A stretch of 64,000 nt of DNA from Vulcanimicrobiota bacterium (GCA_963812135.1 CAWETU010000001.1:2080001-2144000); one strand, 5' to 3'; positions 1 to 10,308 are shown, numbered from the stretch's first letter. A program made the numbers and translations. Notes: generated from the letters alone by a model not told the origin.

Positions 1-482
1 CTCTCGCGAGCCGGATCGTTGCCCATGTCTTCGGCGTAGGATCGCCAGCTCAATCCCTTGGATGCGAGTTCATCGGCGAGGTTGTGCACCGACGACGGGT
101 AGACGCAGCCGTGTCCAATGGCCTGGCCGTCTGAGGTTGTGCCGCTGCTCGCGAACTCGATGTAGTCTTGGCAGTCGCGCTGCGTATCGGGGTTCGGCGC
201 TTGGCCGCTGATCAGTGCGATGTAGTTGTCGAGGCTGACGTGCCCGATGCCGAAGTAGTTCTGGAGATACGCGCCTTGCGCGACGAGCGTCTGCGAGAGA
301 TACGGTGCCGGCGATGAGGGGCCAAAGGTAGCGGCGTTGTCCTTGTTCTCGAGCATGATGATGAAGACGTGGCGTACCGGTGGAAGGCTGGTCGCGCCGG
401 CCGCGGCGACGTTCGCCAAGATCCCTAAGAATATCAGACACGACGCAACGGCTGCACGCGGGATACGTCCGAATATATGCAT
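1..482 (-). CDS. Secreted phosphoesterase (acid phosphatase/phospholipase C family), truncated by window edge
   Basis: Manual translation from ATG at 482 (RBS AGGAG): MHIFGRIPRAAVASCLIFLGILANVAAAGATSLPPVRHVFIIMLENKD...NYFGIGHVSLDNYIALISGQ; signal peptide plus HVFIIMLEN motif. Confidence 0.8.
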   Translation of the reverse strand, partial: MHIFGRIPRAAVASCLIFLGILANVAAAGATSLPPVRHVFIIMLENKDNAATFGPSSPAPYLSQTLVAQGAYLQNYFGIGHVSLDNYIALISGQAPNPDTQRDCQDYIEFASSGTTSDGQAIGHGCVYPSSVHNLADELASKGLSWRSYAEDMGNDPARE

Positions 483-615
483 GCGCACTCCTTACGATGA
501 AGAGTTCTTAGCAAGATGCGACCTACTACCTCCGATTAGCCTGATTTAGAGGCCGCGAACCCTCGGCTCGGAAGCACCTTTCGAATCACGATTTAGGTCG
601 CGGAGGAGATTGATC

Positions 616-1371
616 ATGAGTAAGCTATTACCCGTTGCTTTTGTCATCGCTGGCATGCTGGCAGTGTCACCGGCGGGAGCTGCGCCAGCGCCGACCGCTA
701 CCGGATCGATGGCACCTTCCGCGATGCCGGCCGCCGTTGGACTGCCTAGGGTGCGCCATCTCGTTTATCAATTCGGCTACAACACCAAGGCCACGAAATC
801 GGGGAACGGGACTGGAACGAGCACCGTCGATATCGTCGGACTTGCCAGCGATGGCGGCTTGACCGTCAAGGCGACCGACAATTGGTGGATGGCGTACCAG
901 CCGAAGCAAAGCTCGACCTGTGAGGTCTATGCGAACGGCAGCGTCACCTGCGCCAAAGCCCCGTATTCGCTGACGCTGATTCAAGTGACCATCCTTCCGC
1001 TTCTTGGGCAGCAGTATTTCGCTGCGTTGTCCGGGGGGCCGACCTCGAGCTGGAAGCAGAGCTATAACGTAAAGGCGACATTCGCGCCAGGCGCAGCAGG
1101 CATGGGATTCGCAGGTCAAGTCTACACGTGGAATGGCGCGTACACCTTAACCGGAAAAGGCGTTAATCCAGCACAGCCGCCGCTGATCCTGATCCATTCC
1201 GACGGCTCGATGAAACAACAAGGCGGGCGGTATATCACCGCCAATCAACAGGCCAATATCTTGTACGACCCGCGCATTCATATGCCGGTCTATGTGGATG
1301 AGATCATGAGGTTCGTTCCGCAACAGAGCACCAACTCGTACACGATCGAGATGAAGCTTATCCAAACCTAA
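616..1371 (+). CDS. Secreted hypothetical protein, distant paralog of the trio at 49580-51695
   Basis: RBS GGAGGAG, signal peptide, Pro/Ala linker, motifs RHLVY, GTSTVDIV, ILYDPRIHMPV. Confidence 0.75.
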   Translation: MSKLLPVAFVIAGMLAVSPAGAAPAPTATGSMAPSAMPAAVGLPRVRHLVYQFGYNTKATKSGNGTGTSTVDIVGLASDGGLTVKATDNWWMAYQPKQSSTCEVYANGSVTCAKAPYSLTLIQVTILPLLGQQYFAALSGGPTSSWKQSYNVKATFAPGAAGMGFAGQVYTWNGAYTLTGKGVNPAQPPLILIHSDGSMKQQGGRYITANQQANILYDPRIHMPVYVDEIMRFVPQQSTNSYTIEMKLIQT

Positions 1372-1850
1372 TTGTTGGTGGTCTTGTGCGTTTGCACGTA
1401 GACCTTGGCGAGCTTACCGGCCCGTAGCACGTACGTCCTGACCTCGCGCGTCGTGCAGTCATCGTCTTGGCACGAATCGACGTAGAGATAGTTATTCCTA
1501 AACGTGATGTGGATCGAGTCTGGGCCCCTCCCCCAGTCTCCGCCCCAATTGGCGTCACCGACCTCTCCGAGCAGCGCTGCAGTGTTCCCGCGAATATCGT
1601 AGGCGAACGCCTCGGCGGTACCGCCGATCGGGAAATCGCACGTGATCACGACGACTGCCTGTTGCGTGCCGGCGCTTAAACTACCGGTCTTGACGTTGCG
1701 GACGTAAAGATCGAATCCCGTGCCCATCTTCTCATCGTAGTACGAGGACGACCCTTTGCTCATGACCACCGGCGGAGGGACGTTGGAACATGGCGAGACT
1801 GCGTACGTGAAGTTCATGAAATCCACGACCAAGAGCAGCGGCAAGATCAT
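1368..1850 (-). CDS. Hypothetical exported protein with five Cys
   Basis: 160-aa ORF with ATGA overlap to the DyP stop; convergent 4-bp overlap with the previous gene. Confidence 0.6.
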   Translation of the reverse strand: MILPLLLVVDFMNFTYAVSPCSNVPPPVVMSKGSSSYYDEKMGTGFDLYVRNVKTGSLSAGTQQAVVVITCDFPIGGTAEAFAYDIRGNTAALLGEVGDANWGGDWGRGPDSIHITFRNNYLYVDSCQDDDCTTREVRTYVLRAGKLAKVYVQTHKTTNN

Positions 1851-2773
1851 GGCTGGAGCCTAGTCGTCGTCGACGCCGCGAGCCGGCCTAACGTCGAGAG
1901 CGCTGGGATGAAGTAGTACGCTCCCGTGAGTGGGTTCGAGTAGCGCGTCAGCGCATCGCGCACGCCATCGCCGATGCCGGCCATGCGTTCCAGCATGCGC
2001 TGGAGCCGGTGCTGATCCTTGGCGAAGCCGACGAACATGGTGCCGTGATCCTCGACGGTGCCGTACGGCGTGTTGCGCCGGAAGATCTTGAGCTCTTCGC
2101 CGTTCTCATCGAGCGTCGTCCTCGTCACGTGCGAATCCGCCGGCATTTTATCCTCGGGAAATTCGATGCTGTCCGTTTTGGTGCGCCCGATGACGCGTTC
2201 TTGCTCGGCCACCGGCAGCGCGCGCCATAGTTTAACGTCGTGCATCCATTGCTGCACAAGAAGGATGCTGCCGCCCGCGCCGGGTTGACCCTCGGGTATC
2301 AGCACGATATCGGGCGCGTCGACGAGCGACGGATTCTCTGTCCCGTCTTGGAACCCGGTGAGGTCACGGTTGTGTTGGTATGTCCAGCCGACCAGCTCGC
2401 GCTCGACCGTCGCGACCGGCGCGAGCTCGCTTGCGATGCTCGTGGCGACGTCGAAGACGTTGTCATACGCGGCGCCGGCGATCCAGATGAAGATGTCGGA
2501 CTGGGTCGCGGGCATCGTATAGCCGCCCGTGCCGACGAGATCTCGCTCAAACGACGCGACCTTCGCGGGCGCATCGGCGGGTTCTGCGGCGCGCCACAGT
2601 TCGGGGCGAAAACCTGCGACGAGATTGACGCCCTCAACGGTTTCCCGCGGGTTGTGCATGCTCGCGACCGCGTGGACGGCGGCTTCGGGCGAGACGCCAC
2701 CGCGCAAGGCAAACTCAATGAAATCATGCGACGCATCGCCGAGCGCGAAAATACCCATCTGCGCAATGTTCAT
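1847..2773 (-). CDS. Dyp-type heme peroxidase
   Basis: RDLTGFQDGTENP, QERVIGRTK, SHVTR, IFRRNTPYG and GAYYFIP motifs. Confidence 0.92.
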   Translation of the reverse strand: MNIAQMGIFALGDASHDFIEFALRGGVSPEAAVHAVASMHNPRETVEGVNLVAGFRPELWRAAEPADAPAKVASFERDLVGTGGYTMPATQSDIFIWIAGAAYDNVFDVATSIASELAPVATVERELVGWTYQHNRDLTGFQDGTENPSLVDAPDIVLIPEGQPGAGGSILLVQQWMHDVKLWRALPVAEQERVIGRTKTDSIEFPEDKMPADSHVTRTTLDENGEELKIFRRNTPYGTVEDHGTMFVGFAKDQHRLQRMLERMAGIGDGVRDALTRYSNPLTGAYYFIPALSTLGRLAASTTTRLQP

Positions 2774-2826
2774 CGGCCCGCACGCTTGGCCCGGCGCCCG
2801 CCGGTGCCCTTCATCTTGATGTCGCT

Positions 2827-3669
2827 CTACAATAAGAGCGTGATTCCGACGTCCACCGCGTGCTGGGCCAACCCCGGATGCGGCAGGACGTTCACCTCAA
2901 ACTCGCCGTCGAGAACGACCCTGGGAGAAACCGCGCATTGCAATCCTACAAGTCCGCGATTGCCTGTGCCCGCACCCGGAGCTGTGGGTATCGTCAGTTG
3001 GTCCTGTACCATGCTCGTGAAATTGGGCGAGAGCGCATACGATGCGCTGAGCGCCGGCTGATACGCCCCATATCGCTGGACTCCGGTCGAGCTCTCTGTT
3101 GCGTTGAGCACATAGTTCTGCGTCGTCGAAACCCCGATCCGGCTGGTGAGCGCAAAGACGACGCTGTAGCCGAACGTGTACGTCGGCGCTCCCGCGGTGA
3201 ACCCGACGGGACCGCTCGGGTAGCCATTGGGAAGCGTCACAAAGACATTGATCGCGTCCTGCCGCCAACTATCATCGCGTAGCAGATGTTTGAATCCGAA
3301 GCCAGCGTCTTGCATGCCGACCGCGGGAACGGATCCAGTGACCGGGTCCGCACCCGTGCGCTGCGTGTAGACGGCAGGTGAGAGGAGGATCTCGTTTCGT
3401 CCACGCAGGCCGAAGCGAATGATCGGATTCGGATACACCGCGAGAACTTGAGTGCCGGGTGCGACCGTGACTTGGTTGCGATAGCCGGCCTCGATGACGA
3501 CCGTGCCTGGAAGCGCCACGCACGCCGCACCGTTCGTCGCAGGTGCACGGCCGACACCAGGGCGATCGGTGATCGACGCAAGCGCGCCTTGTGCGCATGG
3601 TCCCGGCGGACTTGCTGTCGGCGCGGGACTCGGAGCGGCGACAGCAACCGCCAGTATTATTGGCAGCAT
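2827..3669 (-). CDS. Putative outer-membrane beta-barrel (MetA-pathway/'transporter' family)
   Basis: Signal peptide, TDRPG motif, alternating beta-strand pattern, C-terminal VDVGITLLL. Confidence 0.6.
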   Translation of the reverse strand: MLPIILAVAVAAPSPAPTASPPGPCAQGALASITDRPGVGRAPATNGAACVALPGTVVIEAGYRNQVTVAPGTQVLAVYPNPIIRFGLRGRNEILLSPAVYTQRTGADPVTGSVPAVGMQDAGFGFKHLLRDDSWRQDAINVFVTLPNGYPSGPVGFTAGAPTYTFGYSVVFALTSRIGVSTTQNYVLNATESSTGVQRYGAYQPALSASYALSPNFTSMVQDQLTIPTAPGAGTGNRGLVGLQCAVSPRVVLDGEFEVNVLPHPGLAQHAVDVGITLLL

Positions 3670-3749
3670 GTTCGCATCGTACCCATTACTTGAGAGTATT
3701 CCTTGGCTTGACCAGAGCTTTTTGCTATCCTGAGCGGGTGGAGGAACCC

Positions 3750-4574
3750 ATGACCGATCTCAACCCGCAGGGCAAGCAGATGGCCGATGAGTCGATGGTG
3801 CGCAACTTGGACGCGCAAGCGCGGGCGATCTGGCCTCAGGAAGTCCAGTTGTTCCGGCGGTATGCGCTCCCGGCCGAGCCTCGCATCCTCGATGCCGGCT
3901 GCGGAACCGGCGAGATCGCTTCGCGCTTGGCCGAGCTTTACCCGAACGCACGCGTGCTCGGTATCGACATCATCGACCCCCATCTCGATCTTGCGCGGTC
4001 GCGCTACGCCGGGCTTGCGCCCCGGCTATCGTTCGAGCACCAGAGCGTGTACGAGCTCCGAGCCGCAGACAACACCTTCGACCTGACCGTGTGCCGCCAT
4101 GTGCTGCACTCGATACCGCACGTGGATCGCGTGATCGCAGAGTTCGCGCGGGTGACGCGGCCTGGCGGCTACTTGCATCTCATCCCCGAGGACTACGGGA
4201 TGCTCCATTTCCAGCGCGGACAGCTCGACCCGAGCGATTTTTGGCATGTGGCACCGAGGAGCTTCGAGGCCGCGACAGCGACCGATCTGTTCGTCGGCCG
4301 TAACACCTACTCGATTTTCGCCGCGCTGAAGCTCGAAGAGATCAAGGTGGACTACATCGTCGTCGACACGCTGCGCGTGCCGCGAGAGACGTTTGCGACC
4401 ATCATCGAAGCGTGGCGAGACGGCTACGTCGACTCGATCGGTGAGCTCACGCCGTTCTCGCGCGACTCCGCGCGCGCGTACTTCGATCAGATGATCGCCA
4501 ACATCAAAGACCCGAGCAGATACGCGGTGTGGATGGTCCCCGTGGTGAGCGCCCGAATCCCTCGGACCGCATGA
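3750..4574 (+). CDS. Class I SAM-dependent methyltransferase
   Basis: ILDAGCGTG motif I, FDLTVCRHVL, RVTRPGG; RBS GGAGG before ATG 3750. Confidence 0.9.
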   Translation: MTDLNPQGKQMADESMVRNLDAQARAIWPQEVQLFRRYALPAEPRILDAGCGTGEIASRLAELYPNARVLGIDIIDPHLDLARSRYAGLAPRLSFEHQSVYELRAADNTFDLTVCRHVLHSIPHVDRVIAEFARVTRPGGYLHLIPEDYGMLHFQRGQLDPSDFWHVAPRSFEAATATDLFVGRNTYSIFAALKLEEIKVDYIVVDTLRVPRETFATIIEAWRDGYVDSIGELTPFSRDSARAYFDQMIANIKDPSRYAVWMVPVVSARIPRTA

Positions 4575-5708
4575 AAGCACTCATCCTCAGCGGCGGCGGC
4601 GCGAGGGGCGCGTACGAGGCCGGCGCGGTACGCGCGCTGCTCGAACACGAGAGCTTCGACATCATCTGCGGCACGTCCATCGGCGCCATCAATGGAACGC
4701 TGGTCGCCCAAGACGAGGTCGAGAAGCTCGAGCGTATCTGGCGATCGATCGCCTCGAGCAAGGTGATCCGCCTTGCGCCTCGAGATCGACGCCGTGGCCA
4801 AAGTCGTCGCGGATCTCCGCGCGCTGTCCGAAGATCCGCTGCCGCGCCGCCCATCGATACTGGTCCAGCTAGCCCAAGACTATGCGCGCATCGGACCGCC
4901 CAGCCGATTTGCTCATCTGCTGGGCGTGCTCAACTCGCAACCCATCGTCGAATTGCTCGCCCCGCACGTGCGCTACGCGTCGCTCAAGCACACGCTGATC
5001 GTCGCGGTCACCAATCTGACGCGCGGCAGGCCAGAGGCGTTCTACTATTTCACCGGCCCGAACGCCGGCGAAAGTGCGAAGCTTTTCGCCGAGCGTGAGG
5101 CGTTCAGCCATCCGCTCAGCGAGTCGAACTATCTCGACGCGGTCCGTGCGTCCTCGGCGATCCCCGGCGCGTTCCCGCCGGTCGGCATATCGGACGAGGC
5201 ATGCGCCGCCTGCGAGTACGTCGACGGCGGCGTCGCCGGCACCGCACCGATCAATATAGCGATCCGCGCGGGTGCCGACGACGTCACCGTCATCTACATG
5301 AATCGTCCGGATCTGCGACCGCCGAATTGGCGCATTTCGTCGATCGCGGACATCGCGTTGATCAGCCACGACATCATGCAGCAGGGGATGATCGACCGCG
5401 ATCTGCGCTTTGCCGCGGCCATCAACGAAGCGGTTCGAGCGAACGAGGCACCTGGTAAACGCTACATCGCGATCCGGACGATCAGTCCGCAGGCTCCGCT
5501 TAATTTGTCCGTGCTTGATTTCGATGACCAAGATCGCATCGACGCCGCGATCGAGCAGGGTAAACAGGACGCGCAGCGCGTCCTCGCGACCGCCGAGCCG
5601 TCACCAAATAAACGGGACAAGGCGATACTTCACCTTGTCGCGATAATCTGGATAGCCCGGCAAGATTCTTTGCGAGAAAACGCTCTTCGTCGAGCAGGCG
5701 CCAGATGA
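4571..5708 (+). pseudogene. Patatin-like phospholipase, frameshifted near 4775 (probably an assembly error)
   Basis: LSGGGARGAY and GTSIG in frame from 4571; ASSAIPGAFPP and YVDGG in ORF 4773..5708; one extra base joins them; ATGA overlap with the methyltransferase. Confidence 0.8.
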
Positions 5709-6279
5709 CGACCGCAGTGATCGGGACGACCGCGAGCAATCCCCACCACGACCCAAGTGCAAGCGGGATGCCCACGAGCATGATGATGGCTCCGATATAC
5801 ATCGGATGCCGGACGAGCGCATATGGTCCGGTCGTGATGATCGTCTGGCCGGGTGCGACCTCGATGGTGCCCGACGTGTACGTGTTCGCTTTGAACACGA
5901 GAAACACGATGAAGAAACCGAGAGCGATGAGGATGTCCCCGGCGGCCACCACGTAGGGCGGCACCGCAGACCATGCGAGGCGATGATCGATCGCGGGCAC
6001 GACGATCAGCGCGATGAACGAGATCGACGCGAGAACCTGGATGATCTTCTGGATTGGCTCCTGTTCGGCGGCGGGGCCGGCTTTGACGCGGCGCTCCAAG
6101 AGCTGCGGATCCTTCTGCCGTAAGTAAATAGTGACCGCGAGGGCGGACGTCATGAATATGGCAAGGAAAACCCATGCCTGCCAGTAGTGGAGGGTCCATG
6201 CCGGAATGAAAAGCGCGGCCGCAATGATGACGAACAAGCTCGTCAATCCGCCCAGCGCCTGCTTATCCAGCTCCTTCAT
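5601..6279 (-). pseudogene. Isoprenylcysteine carboxyl methyltransferase (ICMT/PEMT) family membrane protein, frameshifted near 5662
   Basis: TTGPYALVRHPMY, DEERFL; canonical C-terminus LPGYPDYRDKVKYRLVPFIW lies in the +1 frame ending at 5601. Confidence 0.8.
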
Positions 6280-6393
6280 CTTGTGCTCAATGATATACGC
6301 TCATCCGTTTCTCATCCCCGCATGAACCCTTTCCCAGCCGGGTACGGTTACGATGGTGTGGATGCTCGTCTTGGAATGGCCGAAGGGATATAG

Positions 6394-6930
6394 ATGATAC
6401 GATACGTCGCGTTGGGCGCCGCTGGGGTTATCGTTGCCGGCTTGGTGCTCGTCTACTTCGCCGTGATTTTTGGACTGATGCCTGCCAACGCCGACGCCAA
6501 GCCAAGCGCCCTCGAGCGCTGGGCGGCCCGTACGTCGCTGCGCGCGACGGTCGCGCGTGAGGCACCCAAGCAAGCCGATCCGCTGCCGGCCGACGACACT
6601 AACCTGACCGACGCTGTCAAACTCTACGCCGACAATTGCATGATCTGCCATGGCGCGTCGGACGGCCAAGCCTCGAATGTCGCCGCCGGCCTCTATCAGC
6701 ACGCACCGCAACTCGCCAAGCACGGCGTTGAAGACGATCCCGAGAGCGCCACGTATTGGAAGATCGATCATGGCGTCCGGTTGACCGGTATGCCCTCGTT
6801 CGGGAAATCGTTGACCGACACTCAGATCTGGCAGCTCACGATGTTACTCAAACACATGGACTCGCTCCCGCCCAAGGCTCAAGCAGCGTGGAAGAAACTC
6901 CCGAGCCAAGTGAGCAGTTCAGGCACGTAA
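6394..6930 (+). CDS. Membrane-anchored monoheme cytochrome c
   Basis: N-terminal TM helix, CMICH heme motif, GVRLTGMPSF distal Met motif. Confidence 0.9.
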   Translation: MIRYVALGAAGVIVAGLVLVYFAVIFGLMPANADAKPSALERWAARTSLRATVAREAPKQADPLPADDTNLTDAVKLYADNCMICHGASDGQASNVAAGLYQHAPQLAKHGVEDDPESATYWKIDHGVRLTGMPSFGKSLTDTQIWQLTMLLKHMDSLPPKAQAAWKKLPSQVSSSGT

Positions 6931-7024
6931 GTGCGCTGTTATAGAGGAATCGCGCTCATCTGCGTGGCAAAGTAAGTCAGATTCGACCTGTCTGGGTCGA
7001 TCAATGGAAGTTGGGAGCGACACC

Positions 7025-7198
7025 ATGCCACGCGGATCCAACTATTGCAAGTGCGGACATTCCCTGAGATCTCATGGAAGCGCGGGTTGTTCTGCATTTG
7101 GCGCCCCAGTGATGGGGAAGAAAGGCTCGACCGACGTGACGATGTCGTCGTGCACGTGCACGACCACGCGTAGACAGCTGGACGAACCGAAGCACTAG
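7025..7198 (+). CDS. Small Cys/His-rich putative zinc-binding protein (57 aa)
   Basis: RBS GGGAG, CKCGHSLRSH...GC...CTC; followed by a hairpin. Confidence 0.55.
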   Translation: MPRGSNYCKCGHSLRSHGSAGCSAFGAPVMGKKGSTDVTMSSCTCTTTRRQLDEPKH

Positions 7199-7208
7199 AT
7201 CTCGAACA

Positions 7209-7236
7209 CGAAGACACCCCGCTGGAGGTGTCTTCG
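7209..7236. terminator. 10-bp hairpin between convergent small genes
   Basis: CGAAGACACC-8 nt-GGTGTCTTCG perfect inverted repeat; no clear U-tract. Confidence 0.5.
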
Positions 7237-7267
7237 ATCTACCCTGTTGTAGCGCCCGAGTCATAGT

Positions 7268-7468
7268 CTAGCCGCTGAGCTCCAGCATCTTCGCCTGGAA
7301 GTCGCCGGCGATATCGATCGGCGCGATATGCACGTCAAGCCCCGGTTGAGGTTGCTGAGTCGCCACCGCCCGGACCGGGATCAAGGCGGCCATCGGCGCG
7401 GGTGCGGTATCCTTGGCCGGCGTCGCGCTCGTGAGCACGGCCGCTGCGACCAATCCTACTAGTGTCAT
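7268..7468 (-). CDS. Small secreted hypothetical protein
   Basis: RBS-like AAGGTGA, hydrophobic N-terminus, Pro/Ala-rich. Confidence 0.45.
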   Translation of the reverse strand: MTLVGLVAAAVLTSATPAKDTAPAPMAALIPVRAVATQQPQPGLDVHIAPIDIAGDFQAKMLELSG

Positions 7469-7567
7469 GTCTTTCACCTTTCGTTTGGCGTCGCGACGTC
7501 CAACCTATAGATGCCGCCGGCCAGCGTTTGGTTCACATGAAAGATTTCTTGTGCAGTCGGGCAAACA

Positions 7568-8383
7568 GTGCGCGCTGTGTTCCTCTACGATGTCCCACCT
7601 CTTCTGCTATTGTTCGGCGCGCTGGTGCTCGGCGTCGCGATCGCGGCCGGCGGGCAGCGCTTCGTCCACCACCGCTTTGGCGGACAAGATTTCGTCCAGC
7701 ATAACGAGGTCGGCGGCTTCATCATCGCGGTCGTCGGCACGCTCTATGCCGTGGTGCTTGGTTTCCTTACGGTAATCGTCTGGCAGCATTTCGCCGACGC
7801 GCGCGATCTGGTCGCGCTCGAGTCGGCCGCCGCAGCCGACACGTGGCACGCTGCGATCGGCCTGCCATATCAGGCGCGCTCACGCGTGCGAAACGACATC
7901 CTTCAGTACTCCGAGATCATGATCGATCGCGAGTGGCCCGAGATGCGCCACGGCGGTTTCGAAAAGCAAGGGGACATCATCGTCATGGATGCCATGGTCG
8001 CCGCAGGCACCGTGACACCCGCCAATCTGCGTGAGTCGAACGCCCAAGCCGCGACGATGCAGCAGCTCACCGTGCTGCATGACGATCGTTCGCGACGGCT
8101 CGTCTCGAACGGAAGCGGCGTCTTGAGGTTTGAGTGGCTCATCCTGTACATCGGCGCGTTCTGCGTCATCGGTTTTTGCTGGCTTTTCGGCTTGAAGAAC
8201 GCAACCACGCACCTGCTCATGACCTCAGCGGTCGCAATCGTCATCGTCTCGATGTTGGTGCTGCTGTTTGAACTTCAGTACCCGTTTCGAAGCCAGCTCG
8301 GTGTCGGGCCTGACGCCTGGCAGGGCGTGGTCGACCACATCCACCTGATGCAGTCCGGCGATCAGATGAACATGCGCGTGTGA
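7568..8383 (+). CDS. DUF4239 (bestrophin-like) membrane protein
   Basis: HNEVGGFIIAVVGTLYAVVLGF, EWPEM, LQYPF motifs; 4 TM helices. Confidence 0.8.
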   Translation: MRAVFLYDVPPLLLLFGALVLGVAIAAGGQRFVHHRFGGQDFVQHNEVGGFIIAVVGTLYAVVLGFLTVIVWQHFADARDLVALESAAAADTWHAAIGLPYQARSRVRNDILQYSEIMIDREWPEMRHGGFEKQGDIIVMDAMVAAGTVTPANLRESNAQAATMQQLTVLHDDRSRRLVSNGSGVLRFEWLILYIGAFCVIGFCWLFGLKNATTHLLMTSAVAIVIVSMLVLLFELQYPFRSQLGVGPDAWQGVVDHIHLMQSGDQMNMRV

Positions 8384-8967
8384 TGAAACTCTTTGGTTTG
8401 TCACGCTGGCTCGCCACGCTCGCAGGCTGCGCGCTGCTTTCGTCCATGGCGATGGCCGATCAAACGCCCCTGGCTCCCCAACCTGGAGAACCGGCGATTT
8501 CGCCGTCGGGAGAATGGGCGCTCGCGAGCCTTAGTTTCGTCAACAGGCGTATGGCGCACATGCTCGTCCTCGTGAACCTTCAGACGAGCGAAATTCGACA
8601 CGTGAAAGACTACGGCCGCGGAGTCGATGTAGCATGGTCGCCGGATAATGCGCATTTCCTTGTGAACGACCACTTTGCGAGCGATGAATCGGATTGCTAC
8701 ATTTATGACCGCGACACGTTGCAGGCCAAGCGGCTGTCGACGATCCTCGTCGTGGCGCTGCCCGAGACGAAGAAATTCTTCCAGTATTTTCCGAACTATC
8801 TCAGTTGCGAGTCCTTTGTCTCGAACAGCGCGTTGGTCGTCCATTTCTTCGGTTGGGGCGGCGACACGCCCAGCGGGTTTGACTTCCTTTTGAGATATGA
8901 CGGCGCCCGCGGCTTCACGACAGTGTCTAAGTCATTTAAGTATGGAGCGCCGTTCCCTAGGCGTTGA
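8380..8967 (+). CDS. Secreted hypothetical protein with partial TolB/beta-propeller-like repeats
   Basis: Signal peptide, ISPSGEW and [10 protein letters not shown] repeats; GTGA overlap with upstream gene. Confidence 0.6.
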   Translation: MMKLFGLSRWLATLAGCALLSSMAMADQTPLAPQPGEPAISPSGEWALASLSFVNRRMAHMLVLVNLQTSEIRHVKDYGRGVDVAWSPDNAHFLVNDHFASDESDCYIYDRDTLQAKRLSTILVVALPETKKFFQYFPNYLSCESFVSNSALVVHFFGWGGDTPSGFDFLLRYDGARGFTTVSKSFKYGAPFPRR

Positions 8968-9937
8968 CCGTGCTCATGTCCGCATAACGCTGACCGGCGA
9001 ACGCCCCAGGTCGCGCGACCGCGTCGATGCGTTCGACATCTTCTTTCGTCAGTTCGATGTCCACGGCGGCACAGTTCTCTTCCAAGTGTTTGCGCTTACG
9101 AGCGCCTGGGATCGGCACGATGTCCGGCCCTTGCGCCAGCAGCCAGGCGAGCGCGAGCTGCGCCGGCGTGATCCCTTTTTCCGACGCGATCTGCTTGAGC
9201 AGCGCGACGAGTTCGAGGTTGTGCTTGAAATTGTCGCCTTGGAATCGCGGATGATTTTCGCGATAGTCGCCTTCGGTGAAATCTCCCGGCTTTGCGATGG
9301 AGCCGGTCAGCAGTCCGCGACCGAGCGGGCTGTAGGCGACAAACCCGGCTCCGAGCTCCCGCACGGTGGGCAGGACCTCTGCCTCGACGTCGCGTGTGAA
9401 CAATGAATACTCGGTCTGCAGGGCGGTGATCTTGTGCACGGCGTTTGCGCGGCGCAACGTCGCAGGCGCTGCCTCACTCAGACCCAGATATCGGACCTTG
9501 CCTTCCTTCACGAGCTCGGCCATCGCGTTGACCGTCTCTTCGATCGGCACCGTCTTGTCGACGCGGTGCTGATAGTACAGGTCGATCGTGTTCACGCGCA
9601 GCCGCTTGAGCGACGCATCGCAGGCACGTTTGACGTAATCCGGTTTGCCGTTGATCGAGATCCACGAGCCGTCAGGATTGCGCTCGTTGCCGAACTTGGT
9701 CGCCAAGAATACCTTGTCGCGCCGGTCCTCGATCGCGCGGCCGACCAGCTCTTCATTTGTGAACGGTCCATACATGTCGGCGGTGTCGAGAAAGTTGCTG
9801 CCCAATTCGATGGCTCGGTGGATCGTCGTAATCGACTCTTCATCGTCTGACGGGCCATAGAATTCGGACATGCCCATGCAGCCAAGACCGATCGCCGAGA
9901 CGACGGGTCCATCGGGGCCAAGCCTGCGCTGCTTCAT
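8957..9937 (-). CDS. Aldo/keto reductase
   Basis: [41 protein letters not shown] motifs. Confidence 0.95.
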   Translation of the reverse strand: MKQRRLGPDGPVVSAIGLGCMGMSEFYGPSDDEESITTIHRAIELGSNFLDTADMYGPFTNEELVGRAIEDRRDKVFLATKFGNERNPDGSWISINGKPDYVKRACDASLKRLRVNTIDLYYQHRVDKTVPIEETVNAMAELVKEGKVRYLGLSEAAPATLRRANAVHKITALQTEYSLFTRDVEAEVLPTVRELGAGFVAYSPLGRGLLTGSIAKPGDFTEGDYRENHPRFQGDNFKHNLELVALLKQIASEKGITPAQLALAWLLAQGPDIVPIPGARKRKHLEENCAAVDIELTKEDVERIDAVARPGAFAGQRYADMSTVNA

Positions 9938-10023
9938 TTGAACTCTCCAGAGGAAGGAACGGGGACACCGAGGTTGCGGCAGCTTGGTCCCTATTCCTGG
10001 TCCTCTGCAGTAGCTAACTCAGC

Positions 10024-10190
10024 GCGCACCCTCGATACGATTTGTGCGAACTCCAGTTGAGCTTCATTCGTTGTGCGCTCCGATCGCAGCTAACGCTACG
10101 AGAACCGAGTCCGCCCCGGTGGTAGAGCGCTTCGTGGATCATAGGGGTCCGGCAACCCAGCGCCCCTCCCCGCAGGCCGCTAACTCGGCC
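10024..10190 (-). ncRNA. Candidate structured non-coding RNA or 5' leader, family unidentified
   Basis: Irregular stem 10103-10190 (GGCCGAGU/ACUCGGUU, GGGGCGCU/AGCGCUCU, GGGUU/GACCC) plus second stem 10024-10078; begins at the predicted start site of a sigma70-like promoter. Confidence 0.4.
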
Positions 10191-10197
10191 CGCTCCA

Positions 10198-10226
10198 ACC
10201 ATCACGCGCATTCCCAGCGGCGTCAA
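10198..10226 (-). promoter_or_regulatory. Sigma70-like promoter
   Basis: TTGACG-17 bp-GATGGT on the minus strand. Confidence 0.4.
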
Positions 10227-10308
10227 TACCGTCACCCTCACATCACAGAAGGGGCTAATCGGCGAGAAACGGTCACTCTCTCCCGGAACTTCGCCGATTA
10301 CAAGTATA

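Noticed and set aside
1847..2773. DyP as encapsulin cargo
   Set aside because: No GSLxIGSL-type C-terminal targeting peptide and no encapsulin gene nearby.
3750..5708. Patatin as a CBASS/defence effector
   Set aside because: No CD-NTase or other defence genes; neighbours are ordinary methyltransferases.
10024..10190. SRP RNA, 6S RNA, SAM-I or SAH riboswitch identity for the structured region
   Set aside because: Only fragments resemble them (GCGGGGAGG, CCGGCAACC); diagnostic cores are absent, so it is left unassigned.
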